Source: Candidatus Aenigmatarchaeota archaeon
Lineage (GTDB): Archaea; Aenigmatarchaeota; Aenigmatarchaeia; Aenigmatarchaeales; JACQIB01
Assembly (NCBI GenBank): GCA_043799675.1
Contig: JAZDNN010000035.1
Span: forward strand, 1 to 10,766
Reading direction: 5' to 3'
Length of the DNA stretch: 10,766 bases
In this document: piece by piece, positions 1-6,039 of the stretch
Layout: the number at the start of each line of letters is the position of its first letter
Position numbering within the stretch: position 1 is the first letter of the stretch
Made by a program: the position numbers and the translations under genes
The notes under the pieces: model-generated
Database searches by the model: none
Seen by the model: only the letters and a program-made list of their open reading frames with translations
Told to the model about the DNA's origin: nothing

Positions 1-622
1 TTACCAGCGGCAGCCGGCTGTTTGCTATCATCTTTGTTGCCTCCGCGGTCTCCACGTTTGTCCGATAAACGGGGACCCCCAGCGATTTGTACATGCCTTC
101 CACGATATCGCCGGATTTGGAGTCGCCGCTGCCTATCACTATACGCCCTTCCTTCTCAGGTGTTATGTCAAACTTCTTGTCCCCGGACCAGGTCCCGCTT
201 ATGACAGTCAGGAACTCGGGATTGTAAACCACGCCGAAGTCCTTTCCTTCCGTCAGCCCGGCGGCGGCTATCGCCGGAGCGAATATTCCGCGTGTGGAAC
301 CCGGAGTCACGGTGGACTTTAGAACGAACACGTGCCATTTTTCTTTTCTCTTCAGAGCCTTGCCAAGTTCCTTTCCCGCCGCCGAGACGAAGGAAAGATC
401 GAACCTTCCGTCCTTCCCCAGCGGGGTCGGGACCGCGACGATTGAGACCTCGCTCGCCGCTATTGCCTCGTTGAGGTCGGTCGTGCACCTATGGCCGTTT
501 TTTCTGAGCTCAACGAGCGGTTTCTCAATCACATCGTAAAAGATGACGTCGTGACCCAGTTGCCTGAGCTGCATGCCCATCCTGCTGCCGACCTGCCCGC
601 TTCCGATTATGCTGACTTTCAT
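1..622 (-). CDS. UDP-glucose/GDP-mannose dehydrogenase family protein (N-terminal ~207 aa; runs off the left edge)
   Basis: Not in the ORF track; translated by hand from ATG at 622: MKVSIIGSGQVGSRMG (Rossmann GxGxxG), IFYD, SIVAVPTP, FVLKSTVTPGST, VYNPEFL, RIVIG, TAEATKMIAN. These are hallmark motifs of the family. The frame is open to the window edge. Confidence 0.92.
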   Translation of the reverse strand, partial: MKVSIIGSGQVGSRMGMQLRQLGHDVIFYDVIEKPLVELRKNGHRCTTDLNEAIAASEVSIVAVPTPLGKDGRFDLSFVSAAGKELGKALKRKEKWHVFVLKSTVTPGSTRGIFAPAIAAAGLTEGKDFGVVYNPEFLTVISGTWSGDKKFDITPEKEGRIVIGSGDSKSGDIVEGMYKSLGVPVYRTNVETAEATKMIANSRLPLV

Positions 623-643
623 ACTTGGCCCTTCAGTATTCAA

Positions 644-651
644 TTTTAAAT
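644..651 (-). promoter_or_regulatory. Archaeal TATA box for the dehydrogenase gene (probably leaderless)
   Basis: Minus strand reads GAAGTATAAGGTATTTAAAATTG; TTTAAA starts 28 nt upstream of ATG 622. Confidence 0.6.
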
Positions 652-678
652 ACCTTATACTTCGCCGGTCCTCGGTTT

Positions 679-1740
679 TCAGAGCCTGACGCCCGCCTTG
701 TCAAAAAGTGGTTTGAATTCCGCCGCCCATTCGGTCTTCAGGATTTGCCTCATGTAGTTCTTTCCTCTCCTGTTGTACCACCACCAGGTGTTGTACTTGG
801 TCGCGATAGCGGAAAGCAGTTTGAATATGGGCGTGTTGAACAGCAACGGCTTCACTATCGGAATCTTCCGCAGCCTCATCTCCCAGAAGAAAATGGGCTG
901 TTTGTCCGGTTCAGGCGGCTTGAAGGGGTTCGATTCGAACTTGTCGCCGACCAGCTCTATGTCCGTTCTTGTTCCGATGCCCATGTCTTCTGCGTTCTTG
1001 ATGTGTTCTATCTTGTCGGCATCGAATCCCATGAACCTTGCCGCCGTGTAATCGGCCGCCACCCTGTCCGCGGACGCCATGATGACTCCGCAGACCTTTG
1101 TCACCCCGGTCCTCGGCGCGTTTCCTTCCATCGAGACCGTCAGATCGAGCAGGTTGAACCGTGTCTTCTTGAAATAGAAGTTGATGTCCGGTATCGCCTG
1201 GTTTGCCACGGGGTGGTACTGGTGCCTGAATCTCGGCACCATGCCCCAATGGTTCTTCAGGCAGCCGGTTATCATGGTCAGGCAGTGGGCCTTCGGAATG
1301 GGCATGTTGATTATGGTATCGATTTCCGTCAGTATCTTCGGAAGCTCCAGCTCCTTGAACACCTTCCCGCCGCAATCGACCTTTACCAACGGCTCATCGG
1401 ACAGATTGACGAACTTGATTCCGTATTTCTCGCATATCGCCCTGTGGCCCCATATCCTGCTGGCCGTATCGAGCTGTCTTGCGGCCGCAAGGTTCGCGTC
1501 GCCCATGTACAGTTCCGCATCCGGGAAGTTTTCCTTGACTTCCCTGACCATGGCTTCGATCACCCACGGCGACGTGCATTGGCCCGGGACGATCTGATCT
1601 GAAATGCCGTTTATCTTGAAGAAAATCTTCCTGCCGTGGATATACTTTTTCCAGTCCGTGAGCTCCAAAGCCCTTTTGACGGCGTCATGCACGCCTTCCT
1701 TGCTTACCTGCTTCATTTTTATGAAAGCCACTTTCGACAT
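679..1740 (-). CDS. DUF362 domain-containing protein, 353 aa, no C-terminal ferredoxin domain
   Basis: Motifs FFKIN (variant of KPN), CTSPWVIEAMV, YMGD, IINMPIPKAH-x4-TGCLKNHWG, MEGNAP and DRVAAD are typical of DUF362. Its ATG directly abuts the upstream TGA (1741-1743). Confidence 0.88.
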   Translation of the reverse strand: MSKVAFIKMKQVSKEGVHDAVKRALELTDWKKYIHGRKIFFKINGISDQIVPGQCTSPWVIEAMVREVKENFPDAELYMGDANLAAARQLDTASRIWGHRAICEKYGIKFVNLSDEPLVKVDCGGKVFKELELPKILTEIDTIINMPIPKAHCLTMITGCLKNHWGMVPRFRHQYHPVANQAIPDINFYFKKTRFNLLDLTVSMEGNAPRTGVTKVCGVIMASADRVAADYTAARFMGFDADKIEHIKNAEDMGIGTRTDIELVGDKFESNPFKPPEPDKQPIFFWEMRLRKIPIVKPLLFNTPIFKLLSAIATKYNTWWWYNRRGKNYMRQILKTEWAAEFKPLFDKAGVRL

Positions 1741-3024
1741 TCAACCACCAACATCCTCTTCGACTGCCTTGGCCGCCGCCTCGCCCTCTTCCAGCGCACT
1801 GGCAACATTCCTTACTCTGGGGAATATCTTAAATATGCCGGCAAGGTAAAGCCCTTCCCCGGCCCTGACAGGCGGATTTTGGAACCCCATGCTGTATATC
1901 GCCTCGGCATGCTCGAACCTGACGATCCTGCTCCATTCAACCGCTTCCGAAAACCCGGGCAGGAAGCTGTCGGCTTTTTTCAGGTAGAGTCTCTTCAGCT
2001 CCTCGTCGCTCATTTTCCACTGATGTTCTTTCTTGTCCAGATATCTGGCGATGTAGAAAATCTGCTTCCCTTCGGGGGCATCCTTGTACAGGGCGGTCTG
2101 ATTGAACATGACCGAGAACGGCACGTCCTTATCCAGGACGTTCGTCCAGTAGATGTCATTGAACTCCTTCCTTACTCCGAACGTGAGGCATATGCAGCTC
2201 AGGTAACGCATGTCGCGAAGTTGTTTCTCGATTGCCGGTTCACACTGAACCATCGACAGGAAGACTTCGGGTGCGACGGTCGATATTATCGCATCGGAAT
2301 CTGTCGCATGTTTCTTTCCGCCGGCCGAATACGAGACCCGTTTGATTTTTCCCAGCTCTATTTTCTCCGCCCTGGCCCCGGTTATTATTTTCACGCCCCG
2401 CCTGGGCAGCTCCTGCGCCATTTTTTCCAGTATCATCCCTTGGCCGCCGTCTATCGCACCGAACTTGGCCAGGAATGAGCTCGACTCCTTTACGAACCTC
2501 GTGCCGAACCACGGCGCGGATATGGTGGACGGCTCGGCATGGAACTTGTTCCGCATGAGCTGATCGAAGAAGATGTCGTAGTTCTTTTTTCCCGCCTTGG
2601 AAACTATCCATTCCGATGCGGTCTTTCCTGTCAGGGAGTCCCAGTCCGCCCTTTTGACATCGAACAGGGTGAACTTTGCAAGCCTGATTTTGCTGGATAT
2701 CGGCAACGGGAAGCGGAGTATGTCGATTGGGGATGAAAATCTATGTATCTTTCCGTTGTAGATGAATCCCTGCTTCACCTTCCTGAACTTAACTTCCAAT
2801 CCTAGTTCCCGTGCGAACCGTATTGTGGTCGCATCCCCTTTGAGTATGTGATGATAGGTCTTGTTGACGGAATATTTTTTCCCGTCCCAATCGACGTCCC
2901 ACTTTCCGCCCATTCCGCCGGTATCATTCTCGACCTCCAGCAAGGTGACATCATGCTTGCCGGCAAGCCTCCATGCGGCGGCCAGCCCGGCCGCACCGGC
3001 ACCGATTACCGTTATCTTTGCCAT
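1741..3024 (-). CDS. FAD-dependent oxidoreductase, protoporphyrinogen oxidase/amine oxidase/UDP-galactopyranose mutase-like fold, 427 aa
   Basis: N-terminal VIGAGAAGLAAAWRL-x6-LLE-x5-GG FAD motif, YHHI, DAIIST, C-terminal LYLAG and ALEEGEAAA. The start overlaps the GT2 stop (TAATG). Confidence 0.88.
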   Translation of the reverse strand: MAKITVIGAGAAGLAAAWRLAGKHDVTLLEVENDTGGMGGKWDVDWDGKKYSVNKTYHHILKGDATTIRFARELGLEVKFRKVKQGFIYNGKIHRFSSPIDILRFPLPISSKIRLAKFTLFDVKRADWDSLTGKTASEWIVSKAGKKNYDIFFDQLMRNKFHAEPSTISAPWFGTRFVKESSSFLAKFGAIDGGQGMILEKMAQELPRRGVKIITGARAEKIELGKIKRVSYSAGGKKHATDSDAIISTVAPEVFLSMVQCEPAIEKQLRDMRYLSCICLTFGVRKEFNDIYWTNVLDKDVPFSVMFNQTALYKDAPEGKQIFYIARYLDKKEHQWKMSDEELKRLYLKKADSFLPGFSEAVEWSRIVRFEHAEAIYSMGFQNPPVRAGEGLYLAGIFKIFPRVRNVASALEEGEAAAKAVEEDVGG

Positions 3025-3689
3025 TACCAGCGCCCCCTCATCCTTCCCCAGCGCAGGCGAAGCATCAGCCAGACTATCCTGAACGCCTCCTTTGTGCCGC
3101 GCAAGTTGAAACCAACTTTCGATTCACCGGAGATCCTTTGCCTGAAAAATATGGGTACTTCCTTCACGTTCGCCTTCGATTTGTAGAGCAGCTCCAGAAC
3201 TATTTTGTAACCCCTTGGACTGAGTTTCGTCCTTTCAATCACTTCACGTCTTGTCGCCATGAACCCGGTCATCGGGTCCCGTATGCCTGTCCACAATATC
3301 AATCTGGTGATTATGCTGAATCCCCTCGATACGAATTTCCTTGAGAACGGGTCTTCCGTCTGCCCCCCTTTCACGAATTTCGACCCTACCGCCATCTCAT
3401 GCTCTTTCAATTCGTCGACCAGCTTGAGCATGTCTTCCGGCCTGTGGCTGCCGTCACCGTCCATCAGGACAATTTCACTGCCCCTTGATTTTTCAAATCC
3501 TTCAAGGAAGGCTGTCCCGAGTCCGTTCCCTTTCTGTTTCATGAGGACGGCCCCGTGCAACGTCGGTGCAACATCGCTCTTGTCAACAACGATTATTTCA
3601 TGCTCCTGTTTTTCCATGACTCCGTTGATTCCGTTGACAAGCTGTTGTATTCCCGGCTCGTTTTTGGTCGGTATGATTATCGAAATCAT
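3024..3689 (-). CDS. GT2 glycosyltransferase, dolichol/polyprenol-phosphate mannosyltransferase (Dpm1)-like, 221 aa
   Basis: MISIIIPTKNE, EIIVVD, GLGTAF, MDGDGSH (DxD), VGSKF, DPMTGF, EVPI-x2-RQRISGESK. Start moved from the track's 3908 to ATG 3689, because the GT-A fold begins there and a TATA box lies 27 nt upstream. Confidence 0.92.
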   Translation of the reverse strand: MISIIIPTKNEPGIQQLVNGINGVMEKQEHEIIVVDKSDVAPTLHGAVLMKQKGNGLGTAFLEGFEKSRGSEIVLMDGDGSHRPEDMLKLVDELKEHEMAVGSKFVKGGQTEDPFSRKFVSRGFSIITRLILWTGIRDPMTGFMATRREVIERTKLSPRGYKIVLELLYKSKANVKEVPIFFRQRISGESKVGFNLRGTKEAFRIVWLMLRLRWGRMRGRW

Positions 3690-3710
3690 ATGAACGTTTC
3701 GGCACCAATC

Positions 3711-3716
3711 CTTAAA
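3711..3716 (-). promoter_or_regulatory. TATA box for the GT2-oxidoreductase-DUF362 operon
   Basis: Minus-strand TTTAAG starts 27 nt upstream of ATG 3689. Confidence 0.55.
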
Positions 3717-3807
3717 TGCGTTGCATTTCTCGATGCCAAAAGCATGACGGGGGGAACATGAGACCGTTACAGGGGTATGACAACGAAAACGTCTGTACGA
3801 TTCAATT

Positions 3808-3813
3808 AAAAAA
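3808..3813 (-). terminator. Oligo-T tract after the cupin stop (archaeal-type terminator)
   Basis: TGA is immediately followed by TTTTTTAATT on the minus strand. Confidence 0.45.
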
Positions 3814-4110
3814 TCACTTGTGCAGGCTGACAACGTATACGTACCGCAAAGGCGTGTTGCTGCGGTTGATGACGTTATGCGGCATGCTTTTCGGTATGTA
3901 GACCGCATGACCGCTTCCGACCGTCAGCTCTTCTTTCCTTAACATCACCGTTGCGATGCCCTCAAGCATTATCAGCACCTCTTCCTTGTCACTGGTGATA
4001 TGCTCGCCGACCTCTTGGCCGGGCTGCAGAATCACGACCGAGGATTTTATCCGTTCTGCATCTTCGGGTGTCACTTTTCCCGCCTTTCCCAGGTCTACGA
4101 TGGTTGCCAT
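3814..4110 (-). CDS. Small cupin domain protein (Cupin_2-like), 98 aa
   Basis: Motif 1 LQPGQEVGEHITSDKEEVLIMLEG and motif 2 GHAVYIPKSMPHNVIN. Start placed at ATG 4110 (MATIVDL), which avoids overlap with the upstream gene and lies 28 nt below a TTATAA box. Confidence 0.88.
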   Translation of the reverse strand: MATIVDLGKAGKVTPEDAERIKSSVVILQPGQEVGEHITSDKEEVLIMLEGIATVMLRKEELTVGSGHAVYIPKSMPHNVINRSNTPLRYVYVVSLHK

Positions 4111-4132
4111 GTTGTTTTTCCGTTCCTTTTCC

Positions 4133-4138
4133 TTATAA
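4133..4138 (-). promoter_or_regulatory. TATA box for the cupin gene, overlapping the GGR stop codon
   Basis: TTATAA starts 28 nt upstream of ATG 4110; its TAA (4133-4135) is the stop of the upstream gene. Confidence 0.55.
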
Positions 4139-5095
4139 CAGCCAGTCGCTGTCAAAACTATTCGGAAGTATATCCGGTATGGTATTGCCAAGCGCAATGA
4201 CTGTGACGGTGGCGATTCTTCCAGCCGCTATTTTCGGCATGAACATCCTCTTCAACCTGTATTCGTAGGCGGGAAAATTCGGCCAGCTGTCGAGCAGCAG
4301 CCTGGCTGCGGTAAGCCCCCAGATGATTCCTCCGCCGCTCCACGGCTTGGTGAGACCGGCCGCATCGCCGCAAAGTGTAACGTTTTTTCTTCCTGTCACC
4401 TGGACGCCTTCAGGTATCACCGCGGCCTGCACCGGCAGCCTGCTCAACCCGTTCTTTCTTGCGAACTCCCGCCAGGCTTTTCCGGTTGTCTCCTGATTAC
4501 CGAACATTCCCCACTCTACCATGTTTCCTCTCGGGATTTTCCAGAAGAAGCCGTTGTCCGTCGGCCATATGTCAGCCGACCTGCCTTTGCAATTCGTTTT
4601 CTGGAAGCATTGCAGCCCCGCGCGGAATCTCGGTTTAGTGTTTGTGAACAATCTTCTTACCGCGGAAAGCGCACCGTCGCAACCGATGACCCTGTCGAAC
4701 GTTTCTTCTTTTTTGCCTGTGCAAATCCGAACTCGCCCGCCGTTTTCCCTTACGCTTGTTACATCGTGATTGAACAGTATTTTTGCGCCAGCCGACTTTG
4801 CCTGTTTGGCAAGACGAATATCCAGTTTCTGCCTGTCCAATGCAAGCATACGGGGCCTGAACCTCACGCTGACCGTCTTACGCGGAAAATGCAGTTCAAC
4901 GACCTCAATCTCCGCTTGGACCTTCTGGGCGTCTTTTTCCACGAAATTCCATATCCGCTCACTTACCAGCCCGCTGCAGGCCTTTCCGCCGGAAGATTTT
5001 TTACGCTCAAAAACGGTCACGTCTTCACCTTTCTCCGCCAGCCTTCCGGCGAGCCAGCTCCCTACGGGACCGGCCCCGATTATAGCAACCTTCAC
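4133..5095 (-). CDS. Geranylgeranyl reductase family FAD-dependent oxidoreductase, ~320 aa
   Basis: VAIIGAGPVGS, VFERK, KACSGLVS, LDRQKLD, IGCDGALSAVRR, FFWKIP, LCGDAAG-x3-PWSGGGI. Start proposed at GTG 5095 (VKVAIIG), 27 nt below TATAAA. The 27-aa extension from 5176 is probably promoter DNA. Confidence 0.88.
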   Translation of the reverse strand: MKVAIIGAGPVGSWLAGRLAEKGEDVTVFERKKSSGGKACSGLVSERIWNFVEKDAQKVQAEIEVVELHFPRKTVSVRFRPRMLALDRQKLDIRLAKQAKSAGAKILFNHDVTSVRENGGRVRICTGKKEETFDRVIGCDGALSAVRRLFTNTKPRFRAGLQCFQKTNCKGRSADIWPTDNGFFWKIPRGNMVEWGMFGNQETTGKAWREFARKNGLSRLPVQAAVIPEGVQVTGRKNVTLCGDAAGLTKPWSGGGIIWGLTAARLLLDSWPNFPAYEYRLKRMFMPKIAAGRIATVTVIALGNTIPDILPNSFDSDWLL

Positions 5096-5178
5096 GGACG
5101 GTCTGGGCTCGGAAAGTTTATATCCGTTGGTGACTCGGTGAATTTCTTTAAAAGGTTCACTATGCATGCTAGCCAAAA
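5096..5178. promoter_or_regulatory. Divergent promoter region (GGR leftwards, secF rightwards)
   Basis: Minus-strand TATAAA at 5122-5117 and plus-strand TTTAAAA at 5147-5153 in an 83-nt intergenic gap. Confidence 0.6.
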
Positions 5179-6039
5179 GTGAGCAAGATGGAAAAAGATA
5201 TCCGGGAAAGCGGTTTCAGGATGTGGTTGCTTGTCATACCGGCAGCGTTTCTGATCGCATCTGCGGGATACCTTGTCTGGTCCTCGACGACCGGCAACTT
5301 CAAGCTGGATGTCGATCTTAGCGGCGGGACGCAGATAACGTTCGCCGTGCCTGACCAACCGGACACGGCATCGTTGGAGCGTGCATTGACCGGTTACACC
5401 CCGGCCATCCAAACCGCCCATAGCCTCTCCGGCTGGATCGTGAGCCTGAACCTGCCGATAGAGACCAATACGACGGAGGTTCTGGCAAAGCTCTCGGCCG
5501 CAGGCTGGCCTGTGCAGGAGGCGTCGGTGCAGAGCATCGGGCCTGCGCTCGGTGCCACGTTTTTCAATCAGGCGATGATTGCGATGGTGGTGGCGTTTAT
5601 TTTCATGTCCATCGCCGTGTACATGACTTTCCGCGTACCGGTCCCTTCGGCTTATGTGGTGCTGTCCGCCTTCGCCGATATAACGGAGGCATTGGCATTC
5701 AGCCAGCTGCTTGGAATCAGGCTCAGCTTGGCAACGTTCGCCGCGTTGCTGCTGCTTGTCGGCTATTCCGTGGACACGGACATCCTTCTGACGGCTAGGG
5801 TGCTGAAAGGCGAAGGAAAGCTCAAGGAACTTATCAGCCGCGCCCGTAAGACGGGATTGACGATGACAGGGACCACATCCGCCGCTTTGCTTGCCCTTTT
5901 CGCGATATCCGGAAGTGCCGTCATAACGCAGATTGCCTCGGTCCTGCTGATAGGAATGCTGTTTGACGTACTGAACACGTGGATAACCAACGCCGGGCTT
6001 CTGACACGGTACGTTGAGCGCAAGAGGTCTGCAGTATGA
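5179..6039 (+). CDS. secF: Protein translocase subunit SecF (archaeal type)
   Basis: TM1, then LDVDLSGGT, SIGPALG, five further hydrophobic segments, LLLVGYSVDTDILLTARV and TWITNAGLL. The start may be GTG 5179 or ATG 5188. Confidence 0.93.
   Translation: MSKMEKDIRESGFRMWLLVIPAAFLIASAGYLVWSSTTGNFKLDVDLSGGTQITFAVPDQPDTASLERALTGYTPAIQTAHSLSGWIVSLNLPIETNTTEVLAKLSAAGWPVQEASVQSIGPALGATFFNQAMIAMVVAFIFMSIAVYMTFRVPVPSAYVVLSAFADITEALAFSQLLGIRLSLATFAALLLLVGYSVDTDILLTARVLKGEGKLKELISRARKTGLTMTGTTSAALLALFAISGSAVITQIASVLLIGMLFDVLNTWITNAGLLTRYVERKRSAV

Noticed and set aside
625..2478. Long plus-strand ORFs 625-1602 and 1636-2478
   Set aside because: Antisense shadows of the DUF362 and oxidoreductase genes, with no recognisable motifs.
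3716..3901. Small plus-strand ORF with GGGGGG before an ATG at 3758
   Set aside because: It runs antisense into the cupin and has no recognisable features; support is insufficient.
3690..3908. 73-aa N-terminal extension of the GT2 in the ORF track
   Set aside because: It overlaps the cupin gene, crosses the terminator and promoter, and precedes the canonical GT2 first strand.
4111..4197. N-terminal extension of the cupin ORF
   Set aside because: It overlaps the GGR 3' end and contains the TATA box; ATG 4110 fits better.
5096..5176. 27-aa N-terminal extension of the GGR
   Set aside because: It would cover both divergent TATA boxes and leave only 2 nt before secF; the Rossmann fold starts at GTG 5095.
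1..5176. Left half as a horizontally acquired lower-GC island
   Set aside because: Spot checks suggest only a modest GC difference, which could reflect Lys-rich soluble versus Ala/Gly-rich membrane proteins. There is no integrase, tRNA or flanking repeat, and the promoter style is the same on both sides.
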